A DNA stretch of 64,000 bases from Longimicrobiales bacterium (GTDB lineage: Bacteria; Gemmatimonadota; Gemmatimonadetes; Longimicrobiales; Gaopeijiaceae): NCBI GenBank assembly GCA_965226375.1, contig CBDDCX010000004.1, positions 1 to 64,000 of the forward strand, written 5' to 3'. Position 1 is the stretch's first letter. Each line of letters opens with the position of its first letter. The notes under the pieces are model-generated. The model ran no database searches, was not told where the DNA came from, and saw nothing but the letters and a program-made list of their open reading frames with translations. Made by a program: the position numbers and the translations under genes. Positions 9,023 through 18,424 of the stretch are shown here, one piece after another.

Positions 9023-10753
9023 GTGAACCGTCGCATCCTTCCCCTGATCATGCTCCTGCCCACGGTCGCCGGTGGCTGCGGCCCGAGGTCCGCCGATCTC
9101 CTCCTGACCAACGGTCGCGTCTACACGCTGGCCTGGAGTGAGCCCGGATCCGACGGGGCGCCGGCGCTCGACGCGCCGTACTCGGCAGCCGACGGCTGGC
9201 GGCCCGACGCGCAAGCGGTAGCGGTCCGAAATGGAAGGATCGTGTTCGTGGGGAGTGCCGAGGACGGTGACGCCTACCGCGGAGCGACGACCGAAGTGCT
9301 CGACCTGGGCGGCGCAACCGTTCTACCGGGTATGGTCGATTCGCATACTCATGTCGTCGAGTTGGGCGCCCTGTTGGCGCGCGTCAACCTCGTGGACGTG
9401 GCCACGGAAGAGGAGGCGGTGGGGCTGGTCGCCGAACGTGCCGCCCGGCTGCCGGAAGGCACCTGGATCGTGGGAGCCGGCTGGGACGAGGGAGCGTGGG
9501 CCGACCGCTACCCCGACATGGAGCTGATCTCGGAGCGGGTGCCGAACCACCCCGTGTACATGAGAAGCCTGCACGGCTTCGCCGGATGGGGCAATCGTAT
9601 GGCCTTCGAGTTGGCGGGGATCACGGCGGACACCGAAGCGCCCATCGGAGGCGAAATACGCAAGGACGCCCAGGGACGTCCCACGGGCCTGCTGTTGAAC
9701 CGGGCCGTGCCTCTCCTGGACGAGGCCATTCCGGCCCCGACTCATGAGCAACTTCAGGAGCAGATCCTGGACGGCTTGGAGGAGATGGCCCAATCCGGCT
9801 TCGTGGCCATCCATGAGGCGGGAGCACCCACCGAGACCATGGCCACGTTCGAGGCTCTCGAGGCCGACGGGCGGCTACCGGTGCGGGTCTATTCCATGCT
9901 CTCCGCGCGGGACACCTCAGTACTCGCCGTCTGGGAGGCACGGGGTCCCGATCGAGACCGCGAATCGATGCTCCGGACCCGCTCGGTGAAGGCCTTCTAC
10001 GACGGCGCCCTGGGTTCGCGTGGCGCACGCCTTCTGGAGGACTACTCCGACACACCGGGGCATCGAGGCCTGGCCGGTGAAGGATACGGATTCGACGCGA
10101 CGTGGATGCGGCGCATGATGGCCGCCGGCTTCCAGGTCGCGATCCACGCCATCGGCGACGCCGGAAACCGTGAGAGCCTCGATTTCATCGAGTCCGCGTA
10201 TCAAGAAGTGCCCGGCGCTCGCGAGAACCGAAACCGTATCGAACACGCGCAGGTCGTCCACCCCGACGACTTTCGGCGGTTCGCGGAGCTCGACCTCGTG
10301 GCCTCCATGGAACCGGCCCACGCGGTCGAGGACATGCCCTGGGCCGAAGGACGCGTGGGCCCGGATCGCATCAAAGGAGCATACGCCTGGCGGACGCTCC
10401 GCACCGTCGGCGTGGACTTGACGTTCAACTCCGACCTACCCGGATCGGACTGGAACGTCTTCTACGGCATGCACGCAGCCATGACTAGGAGAAACAAGTC
10501 CCGCGAGCCGTCAGGCGGATGGTATCCGGCACAGTCGCTCACTGCCGAGGAGACCGTGCGCGCCTATACCAACTGGGCAGCGTTCGTAGCCTTCAGCGAA
10601 GACGACACCGGGATCATCGAGCCGGGGCGCTGGGCGGATCTCACAGTGATGGACATCGATCCGTTCGCGCTGGCGTCTGCAGACCCCGGTCGCATCCTGG
10701 ACGGAGAGATCGTGGCCACCATCGTAGAGGGACGGGTGGTCTACAGGCGGTAG
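9023..10753 (+). CDS. Amidohydrolase family 3 (YtcJ-like) metal-dependent hydrolase, lipoprotein
   Basis: PGMVDSHTH, KAFYDGALGSRGA, IHAIGDAGN, RIEHAQ, ADLTVMD; lipobox AGGC. Confidence 0.9.
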   Translation: MNRRILPLIMLLPTVAGGCGPRSADLLLTNGRVYTLAWSEPGSDGAPALDAPYSAADGWRPDAQAVAVRNGRIVFVGSAEDGDAYRGATTEVLDLGGATVLPGMVDSHTHVVELGALLARVNLVDVATEEEAVGLVAERAARLPEGTWIVGAGWDEGAWADRYPDMELISERVPNHPVYMRSLHGFAGWGNRMAFELAGITADTEAPIGGEIRKDAQGRPTGLLLNRAVPLLDEAIPAPTHEQLQEQILDGLEEMAQSGFVAIHEAGAPTETMATFEALEADGRLPVRVYSMLSARDTSVLAVWEARGPDRDRESMLRTRSVKAFYDGALGSRGARLLEDYSDTPGHRGLAGEGYGFDATWMRRMMAAGFQVAIHAIGDAGNRESLDFIESAYQEVPGARENRNRIEHAQVVHPDDFRRFAELDLVASMEPAHAVEDMPWAEGRVGPDRIKGAYAWRTLRTVGVDLTFNSDLPGSDWNVFYGMHAAMTRRNKSREPSGGWYPAQSLTAEETVRAYTNWAAFVAFSEDDTGIIEPGRWADLTVMDIDPFALASADPGRILDGEIVATIVEGRVVYRR

Positions 10754-10813
10754 TTGGGAGCGACCGCTGCGCCACCGACTCACCGGCGGCCCTGCGGCCT
10801 CCACCCCCGTAGG

Positions 10814-12738
10814 TCAGGCGAGCAGCGCCTCGATCGCGCGTCGGCCTTCGCCCGCCGCTCCAGTCCAGTTCTGATGGCCCCGGAGTTCCGAGTGCCCGAT
10901 GGCGATGCGCCCGAACGGCTCCCGGATGACGTCGGGGGGTGCCGGCGCTCCGTTGCGACCGAACATGAAGCCGGGCCCGGGATGCACGTAGGCGTGTCCC
11001 CAACGGTTCAGAATGATCCCGGCGATGTCGTTGGCCGGATCGAACCCCGCGTCGCCGAAGAGCCGGACCATCTGCTCTCGAATCTGCCGCTCGTATCCCG
11101 GGAAAGACGTTCCCAACACCTGTGTACGTCCCGCAACCCCCTGGTCGGCAGCTGCCATGCCTGGAAAGTAGCTCGGCGCGTAGAACGTCATCACCACAGG
11201 CCGATCGGGGTGGAGCGGTGGAGCCTCTCCGCCCACCAGCATAGGCCGTCGGATATTGCAGTAGAACCCGAATCCGTCGGACCAGATACCCGCGGCGACG
11301 CCGAGCCGCTCGAGGAAACGCCAATTGGTCAGCGCCACGTTGGCCACGAGCACCGAAGAGTGGTTGAACCCCTCGTAGGCCTGCCGGTGGCCGTCGGGCA
11401 AGTCTCGCAGAACGCGGCGGTTGACCCACCCACCCGAGCCCATGACCACCTGATGCGCCCGAAGCTGGTGGACCCGATCATCGTTCAGATACGTGATCAC
11501 CACACGCTCCGAACTGCTCACCGCACCCTCGTGCTCCACCGCACCACCGTCGATCCGAGCCTCATTCGGACCGGATTGTCGGAACGATCCAGACGGTCGA
11601 AAGCCACGGCTCCATTCAGGACGTCGGCCAGCTCACCCGACCCGACGATGCCGTCCGGAATTAGATTCTTGACGAAGTAACGTGCGAGTCCGGCATTCCC
11701 CCCCGGAAAGCAATGGAACGTGAAGCCGGCATAGCGGTCGGGCTTCCGGAAGCCGGGGAGCTCGAAGTGCAGCCCCCACCAAGCCGAGATCGCGTCGCAC
11801 CCCAGCCCGATGATGCTCGCGAGAATCGGGTCGACGTAGGCGGTCACCTCAGGCGGCAGGCCCAAGACACCCTCGTAGTACTGCTTCATGGTCATCGAGT
11901 CGAGCCAGGGACCGATCTCCCCTTGGGCGTGCCGTTCGGCCTCCTCCTCACGCGCCCCCCGGAAAGAGTCGCGAACCCCCGAGCTCCATGGAGCCTGGTC
12001 CAGCCCGGTCCGCCAAAGATCGTGGACCCAGCGCCCGCCACCATCGTCGAAGAAATGGCCTACGGAAAATAGGTCGTGCTGCCAGTGGAGGAAGCCATAG
12101 TTGTCCATGGGAATTCTCATTCCGGCGGCCGATCCTTCCGGCTCGCGGTACTCGAATTCACGGGGGATGCCGAGGGCCGTGAAATAGTCGTCCGGGTTCC
12201 CGGTCTCTGCTTGAATCCCGAAGTCGTTCGATCCCTGGGGGCCCATGAGCCGATGGCCATCCACCAGGAATTCGTTCCGCTTGGCCTCGCCCCCGAAAAT
12301 GGGGTGGTTATCGAGAATCAGGCAGCGTCCACCGGGGTTCAGACGGCGGAAGTGGTGTGCAGCCGAGAGTCCGGAGAACCCAGCGCCGACGACCACCAGG
12401 TCGTACTCCTCGCCACTGTCGATCGCGTTCGCCGAAGGCCGATCGAACTCACCCGCCCGGATCCGGTGCGCATCGCGCACCAGCCCCGGGGTATTGCCGT
12501 GTGAGTCGCGGTAGTCACCGACTCCACCCGGGCCGAACCAGTCGTCCCCAACCTCGAATTGGTACGCGGCCTGGGACGCATCGGAGGTGGCCGCACCCGA
12601 ATCCGCCGAGTCCTCCGGACGGCAACCTGTGATGGCTCCGGCGGCGAGCAGCGCCGAGCCATACACCGAGCCGTACACGAAGTCCCTGCGCGTGATAGGC
12701 CGGTCAAGGCCGAGCTCGCGGTCTCTTTTCGCAGTCAT
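10814..12738 (-). pseudogene. spdH: Spermidine dehydrogenase (SpdH-like flavoprotein) split by a 1-nt frameshift near 11540
   Basis: N-part: LGLDRPITRRDF, YDLVVVGAGFSGL, DNHPIFGGEAKRNEF, FPGGNAGLAR; C-part: NRWGHAY, PFGRIAIGHSEL. Adding one G at ...CGG^TGG... restores STVVRVEHEG. Could be a sequencing error. Confidence 0.8.
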
Positions 12739-12802
12739 GTCATCTCCGCAGAGTTGAGGTACCGGCCGCACGCCGCAGTGGCGAACCCGGAGGCGGCCCG
12801 GC

Positions 12803-14551
12803 CTACGTCGCCTCTGTGCTCGATGCGATGGCCCCAACGCCGAAATGGCTGAACCGCCCCCGCTCCGCACCTCGGCGGACCCACTGAACAAGGGCCCACT
12901 CCGCCAGAACCGCCAGTGCCACCGCCAGCAGTACGCCCAGGTAAGCCGTGAAGGGCGCCGGCTCGTTCAGGTCCAAGTACATCCAGGAGGAAAGAGACAT
13001 GCGGAGGCCCGTCTCGCCGTTGGCTCCGTCCCAGACATGGAAGGCCACCGGGACCAGCCGCCCCGCCGCGAGCTGCACCTCGCCCGTGGTATGCTCGGTT
13101 CGGAGCGGCCTCCGGATCACGACAGTCCATCGTCCCTCCATCCAGGATCCGCTCCCGGTGGCGAGTTGGCTGTCGGCGTCGTGCACCTCGGGTGGAGCAT
13201 CCGCCCCATCTGCGCTCATCTCGATCACGGCGGGCTGCCCGGCACCGTACTCGTGCTCGGCCCGCCATCTCCACAGGTCGACGGGCTGGCCCACGTTGCC
13301 GTACACGAAGTGGGGCAGGACCAAATTGTTCTCGTTGTGCACCGGGATCATGATCTCGGCCGCATCGGCGAACCAGCCCCGCACTCGCTCTCCATCGGGG
13401 AATACCACGGGGTACGTGTCGTCGGCGCTATAACCCTCGGTGAGCGCCCGCATCGAGTCCACGGCCAGGGTGTCTGCGAAACGGTCATCCCAGGCAAGCC
13501 GGAACGCGATCTCGTCTTCGTTGAAGGCGACTCGAACCGAAACGTCCGTCACCGCGGGAATCTGCCACCGAGGCGCGTATGTGGCCTGTCCGGTCAGAGG
13601 CACCTTGACCTCGTCCACGTCATCCCACGCCGGATCCTCGGAATCGTTGGGTAGTGGACCCTCGACCCGAAACGCAGGGATGATGCTGGACTCGGACTCG
13701 CTCTCATCGTCAGGGATCAGGGACTCGATGTAGTAGGCGAGCTGCCAGCGTTCCTCATTGGTGACGGTGGCCTCGTATGAAGGCATGGGCGTGCCGTCGA
13801 GTCCCGTGGTGAATCGCAGGTAGATCTCCTCGACGGTCCGGCCGCCCTTCAGCTTCCACTGCTCGTGGAGGTTCGCGGGCCAGATGGGATAGTCCCAGTC
13901 GTCGGTCAGGTCCGGTACACGCGCGCCATCGCCACGTCCGAGCATGCCATGGCACTCCCAGCACTTGTTCTCGTCGTAGATCCTCTCGCCCGCGGCGATC
14001 AGGTCTTCAGCCCTTCCGGAAGGCCGGTCTCCAATCTCGGCAATCGCCTGATAAGGATCGAAGAACTCATCCTCGAACAGGTCGGCAGCAAAGTTCTTGA
14101 TGTACCCGATCACCTGCCACCGCTCCTCTTCAGACAACACCGACTCCCAAGCGGGCATGGAGCTGCCCGCGAGACCGATGCTGATGGTGCGGAAGAGATC
14201 CTCGTCCAGGGGAAGCTCGCCGGTGGTCGTGGTTCGGAGTTTGAAGCTTCCCATGGTGAAGTCGCGCGGGCGGGGCCACAGGTACGGAGCGACAGGGCCG
14301 TCACCCATGCCTTCTTCCCCATGGCAGAACCAGCACTGTTCCTCGTAGACCGCCCGACCTGCATCAACGTCCACTGTCGCCGGGTCGGGTCGGGTGGGAA
14401 CGTTCAGCTCGATCCATTGAGCGGCGGCGGCGCGCGGCCACCCTCCGAGCAGCGCGATGGCCATCAGGGCCGCCACGAGCCAGGGAGCACAACGGGGAGC
14501 ACAACGGGGAGCACGACGGGGAGCACGACGGGGAGCACAACGTGGGCTCAT
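12803..14551 (-). CDS. Di-heme c-type cytochrome fused to an ethylbenzene-dehydrogenase gamma-like (EB_dh/DOMON) domain, with C-terminal membrane anchor
   Basis: CWFCH and CWECH; PRPRDFTMGSFKLRTT; PVDLWRWRA, WTVVIRRPL, VAFHVWDG; signal peptide ending AAAA-Q; ATG 14551 overlaps the upstream stop. Confidence 0.85.
   Translation of the reverse strand: MSPRCAPRRAPRRAPRCAPRCAPWLVAALMAIALLGGWPRAAAAQWIELNVPTRPDPATVDVDAGRAVYEEQCWFCHGEEGMGDGPVAPYLWPRPRDFTMGSFKLRTTTTGELPLDEDLFRTISIGLAGSSMPAWESVLSEEERWQVIGYIKNFAADLFEDEFFDPYQAIAEIGDRPSGRAEDLIAAGERIYDENKCWECHGMLGRGDGARVPDLTDDWDYPIWPANLHEQWKLKGGRTVEEIYLRFTTGLDGTPMPSYEATVTNEERWQLAYYIESLIPDDESESESSIIPAFRVEGPLPNDSEDPAWDDVDEVKVPLTGQATYAPRWQIPAVTDVSVRVAFNEDEIAFRLAWDDRFADTLAVDSMRALTEGYSADDTYPVVFPDGERVRGWFADAAEIMIPVHNENNLVLPHFVYGNVGQPVDLWRWRAEHEYGAGQPAVIEMSADGADAPPEVHDADSQLATGSGSWMEGRWTVVIRRPLRTEHTTGEVQLAAGRLVPVAFHVWDGANGETGLRMSLSSWMYLDLNEPAPFTAYLGVLLAVALAVLAEWALVQWVRRGAERGRFSHFGVGAIASSTEAT
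14483..14542. repeat. 12-bp tandem repeat x5, GGGAGCAC(A/G)ACG, encoding (R[C/R]AP)5 in a signal-peptide n-region
   Basis: Units start at 14483, 14495, 14507, 14519, 14531. Confidence 0.95.
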
Positions 14552-15339
14552 CCGCCCAGCTCCTCGGGCTCGCGCGGCTCCGTACCCGAAAGGCGGTACT
14601 CGGCCATGATGATCTTCCAGATCTCCTCGGTCGTGAGTTCGTCGCCCCACGCTGGCATGGCCGAATTCCACGGCGTCGAGATGGCGGGGAGCCCGAGCGA
14701 CCCCTCCGTGATCCTCCAAAAGGGGTGCGACTCGATCACGGTGCCAATCGTTCCGAGATCCGTAAAATCGATCGGCTGGAGCCGCTGACCGCGTGCCAGG
14801 GGCCCGTCGCCGTCTGCCCTGGTCCCGTGGCAGGGCCGGCAGTTCTTCTGATAGAGCACGACGCCCTCGCGCTCGAGTCTGCGACGGTCCTCCGCTGACA
14901 CGTCGGCATAGGGATTCTCCAGGCTGGCGAACTCGTCGGGAAGGGCCGGGTGTTGGACTCGGATCACAGAAGGAGTGCGCGAGATCGGCATCAACTGCCG
15001 GAAGGCCACCCACCCCACCAAGAGAGGGAGGAGTGCTAGGATCAACAGCTGGGAGCGCCGCGGGCCGGCGTCCGCGATGCTGAAGATGCGGACCATGGGA
15101 CCCAGGAAGGCATTCCACCGCTCGTTGTCGGCGCTCATGTAGATCACAGTGCCCACGACGACGCAGGCCATGTATCCGCCCAAGGCGAAGCGAGGGACCG
15201 GCGCCGGTGTCTCGCTCAAACCCACGATCACCGACAGCCACGGCACGCCGAAGCGGAGGCTCACATAGATGGCCACGAACGCGATCGCCGCGGCCGAAAG
15301 GACTCCTCCCTTCCGAGCAGATTCGGTGTCTTTACTCAC
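14548..15339 (-). CDS. Membrane-anchored monoheme c-type cytochrome
   Basis: Three N-terminal hydrophobic segments, CRPCH, SAMPAWG distal Met motif. Confidence 0.85.
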   Translation of the reverse strand: MSKDTESARKGGVLSAAAIAFVAIYVSLRFGVPWLSVIVGLSETPAPVPRFALGGYMACVVVGTVIYMSADNERWNAFLGPMVRIFSIADAGPRRSQLLILALLPLLVGWVAFRQLMPISRTPSVIRVQHPALPDEFASLENPYADVSAEDRRRLEREGVVLYQKNCRPCHGTRADGDGPLARGQRLQPIDFTDLGTIGTVIESHPFWRITEGSLGLPAISTPWNSAMPAWGDELTTEEIWKIIMAEYRLSGTEPREPEELGG

Positions 15340-15393
15340 CTACCCCCTCCTTCATTCTCGGCGATCTTCAGCCACCGTCTCGCGCAGCCACAT

Positions 15394-16368
15394 CTACTGC
15401 AGCGTTCGTAGGTAGGACAGCAGGTCGTGGAACTGCGTCACCGAGATCATCCCCGCAAAGTCGCCCGGCATGAGCGAGAGCTCCTGCACGCGCCGCCGAG
15501 CGATCCCCTCAATGGCGAGCGCGTACTCCACCTCGTCCGCCGTCACCAACCATAACGAGTCGGCCGTCTCCCGTCGGATCACTCCATCCAGGATGCGCCC
15601 GTCGGTCGTCTGAATGAGGACGGACTCGTATCCACCAGCGATCACGGCGCTCGGCTCGAGAATCGACTCGACGATGAACTGAGCGGTCCTCGTTCCCGCG
15701 ATCGCCGACAGGTCGGGACCGATGTCACCGCCCACGCCGCCGACCGTGTGGCACTTCGCACACGGGGTCGGACCCTCAAGGTCGAAGAAGATCTCCCGGC
15801 CCACCACCGAATCTCCATCAAGATACGGAGCCCAGGCCTCGACGTCCGCAACCCTGCCGGCCGCCTGACGCACCTCGGCGGGTAGCACGATCGAAGCCGG
15901 GTCAGGCGCTCCACCCAGCGTCTGGAGATAGAGGATGACCGAGCCGAGCTGATCGGGCCCCAGGCTGATGGGTGGCTCATAGACCGTCGGCATCTCGTCC
16001 TTGAAGCCATCGACCACGAAAGCGCTGGGACGGATAACGGACTCGATGAGGTATTCGGTGGCCGTGAGGATCCGTCCCAAATCCCCCTCCCGCGCACGAC
16101 CCCGCTCTTCGGCTCGCACAGCGATTATCGGCCCCACATCGGACTGACCGAGGTTCGGGCCTCTGACCGAGCTCCCACGACTTCCGATGGAATGACAGGT
16201 GCTGCACTTGCCTGGGCCCCAGAAGATCAGCTCTCCGTTTTCCGCGCTCAGGCCTTCTCCCAACGCCAAGGGAGATCCCTCACCCGAGACTCGGGTGATC
16301 CCGTTACCGGCCCATATGAACAGTCCGATGAGGACCACCGTGAACGCGAAAATCTTGAACGGGGCCAT
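15394..16368 (-). CDS. Membrane-anchored di-heme c-type cytochrome
   Basis: N-terminal TM helix, CSTCH and CAKCH, GPDLS..ESILEPSA..SLMP motifs; start ATG 16368. Confidence 0.85.
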   Translation of the reverse strand: MAPFKIFAFTVVLIGLFIWAGNGITRVSGEGSPLALGEGLSAENGELIFWGPGKCSTCHSIGSRGSSVRGPNLGQSDVGPIIAVRAEERGRAREGDLGRILTATEYLIESVIRPSAFVVDGFKDEMPTVYEPPISLGPDQLGSVILYLQTLGGAPDPASIVLPAEVRQAAGRVADVEAWAPYLDGDSVVGREIFFDLEGPTPCAKCHTVGGVGGDIGPDLSAIAGTRTAQFIVESILEPSAVIAGGYESVLIQTTDGRILDGVIRRETADSLWLVTADEVEYALAIEGIARRRVQELSLMPGDFAGMISVTQFHDLLSYLRTLQ

Positions 16369-16372
16369 GAGT

Positions 16373-18424
16373 CTAAGGTCCCTCGCCGGCGGTCGGCCGG
16401 CCCGCGGGTTCGAGCGCTGGCCGGAGCGGGTTATCGGTGCTCGCAAGCACGTCCTCCGGATCATTCAGGCCCGAGAGCCAAAAGAGGAACGACACCGCGG
16501 CCAGAAACACGAGGGTGATCCCACCTACCATCTGTGTCATCACGGCAGTCGTCGGCGTGAACGCCCATTCAGACGTATCGCGCAAGACACCGTAGATGTG
16601 CCAGCCCTCCCTGAGGCCCGAACGAACGAAGCCCATCAGACCCATCGTCAGGACGGTAGTCACGCAGAGAGCGATCAGGGCGTATTGGGAGCGCGCCGTG
16701 ACTTCACCCCAGCGTATGGCCCCGAGACTCCTGGCTCCCCGGAAGAGGAGCACGTCGATGGCCGTGACGAGGATCAACCCGGACATGAGTATCAACCACT
16801 GGGTTGCCGCGACCTGCCGCAGGAGTGGGTTCGCCTGGACCATGACGACGAATCCGTACACCCCGAGGAACCCCACGGCCGCCAGAGCCACCGTCGCGAC
16901 ATAGATGATTTGGGCGAGATGACCCCGGTCGCGCAGAGCCAACCCCACACACACCACCACAGCCAGCATGGTCGCAACGAGCAGGAACGCCGGGATGCGG
17001 ATGAAGACCGCCCCCTCCGGTCCCAGGCCTACGGACTCGGGGGGCAGGGTGAACAGCACACTCGCGTACCACCCCAGGAGCAAGAGGCAGAGCCCTCCGG
17101 ACAACACCAGGACCAACTTGGCTCCGCCACCCTGCTTAGACAGTGGCACCAGATCGGTCTTGTTGGCACGTCGATAGAGGAGGAAGCTCGCGAAGGTCGT
17201 CAGGATGATGAGATTGATGACCGCGTTCTTGGCGGCCATGAGACCGAAGTAGCCCAACACAGGGTGCACCTGTCCACCTAACGCGAGCTGCTCCTCGGCG
17301 CTCAGGGGAAGGTTCCGGGGCGTGAGCCAGATGGCTACGCAGACGATTAGAATGACGTTGAAGTACTTCACGAACCTCTGATACCGCTCGGCTCCCGGAA
17401 TGCGATTCATCCCGGACCACAGGTAGTAGTTGCCGATCATGAACAGCAAGCCCACGAGCAAACCCTGGAGGATGAACGTCCAGGAGAACGCCCCGCCCAT
17501 CATGTTGTTCCCCATGACTGGACTGGCGCTGTAGATCTCCCGACCCAGGTAATAACCCGCGAAGGGTAGCGGGATGAGGGCCGCCAGGCCGATGAAGTTC
17601 CCTACGTACCCCATCCAGTCGTAGTGGGCCCTCCTCGCCTCGGTACGCGCGGCCAAGAACTTCACCGCCGCGTAGGCGCCGACCAGGAACCCCCCGAACG
17701 CCACATTCCCCAGTAGTCGGTGAATGTTCAGGGGCATCCACAGTGGGTTGGCCACCGCCTGCATGGTGGTCCCGACAAACGTTCCCGTCTCATCCACACC
17801 GGTAGGGCTCATCATGTACGAGGCCCACGCGTTGCTTATGAAGACCAGGATCGTACCCGCCAGGTTGAGCAGAACACCCAGGGCGATGTGAAATCCCTTT
17901 CGATCCGCCAGTCGATCCCAAGAGTAGTAGTAGCTGTACAGGATGCCCGTCTCGACGAAGAAGAACGCGGCGTAGATGTAAAGAGACGGGGAAAAGATGC
18001 TGATGAAGTACCCGGAGAACGCCGGGTACAGCCCGAACAGGGTAAAGGCGAGGAGGCCGCCGAGGGCCGCCGTGGTGGCGAACGCGACCGTCAGGAGTTT
18101 GACGAATTCTCGGGCCATGCGATCGTAACGCTGATCACCGGTGCGCCAACCGATGCACTCGACGATGACCGCGAAGATCGGTACTCCGAGAACGAAGGCC
18201 GCGAACAAGAGGTGGAGCTGGGCGACCACCCAGATGGTGGCCCGCGGGCTCAGTCCGAAGAAGGTTCGTACCCCGTTCTCCACTGCGGGCACACCCCCCT
18301 GGGCCGCCCAAAGGGCCTCGGGGAGGACAAAAAAGACCAGCCCGGCAACGACTCCGGGGCACAAGGCTCGACGTGCCAACGTGCCCATTCCCGGGCACGA
18401 AGGCAGGCGGAGCCTCATGGTCAC
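16373..18424 (-). CDS. cydA: Cytochrome bd-like oxidase subunit I (CydA homolog, Nitrospira-type)
   Basis: WVVAQLHLLFAAFVLGVP, FFVET...WDRL, SYMMSP, PLNIHRLLGN, MGFVRSGLREGWHIYG; many TM helices; GTGA overlap with the upstream gene. Confidence 0.85.
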   Translation of the reverse strand: MTMRLRLPSCPGMGTLARRALCPGVVAGLVFFVLPEALWAAQGGVPAVENGVRTFFGLSPRATIWVVAQLHLLFAAFVLGVPIFAVIVECIGWRTGDQRYDRMAREFVKLLTVAFATTAALGGLLAFTLFGLYPAFSGYFISIFSPSLYIYAAFFFVETGILYSYYYSWDRLADRKGFHIALGVLLNLAGTILVFISNAWASYMMSPTGVDETGTFVGTTMQAVANPLWMPLNIHRLLGNVAFGGFLVGAYAAVKFLAARTEARRAHYDWMGYVGNFIGLAALIPLPFAGYYLGREIYSASPVMGNNMMGGAFSWTFILQGLLVGLLFMIGNYYLWSGMNRIPGAERYQRFVKYFNVILIVCVAIWLTPRNLPLSAEEQLALGGQVHPVLGYFGLMAAKNAVINLIILTTFASFLLYRRANKTDLVPLSKQGGGAKLVLVLSGGLCLLLLGWYASVLFTLPPESVGLGPEGAVFIRIPAFLLVATMLAVVVCVGLALRDRGHLAQIIYVATVALAAVGFLGVYGFVVMVQANPLLRQVAATQWLILMSGLILVTAIDVLLFRGARSLGAIRWGEVTARSQYALIALCVTTVLTMGLMGFVRSGLREGWHIYGVLRDTSEWAFTPTTAVMTQMVGGITLVFLAAVSFLFWLSGLNDPEDVLASTDNPLRPALEPAGRPTAGEGP

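Noticed and set aside
14483..14542. CRISPR array
   Set aside because: 12-bp units with no spacers, inside a CDS; no cas genes
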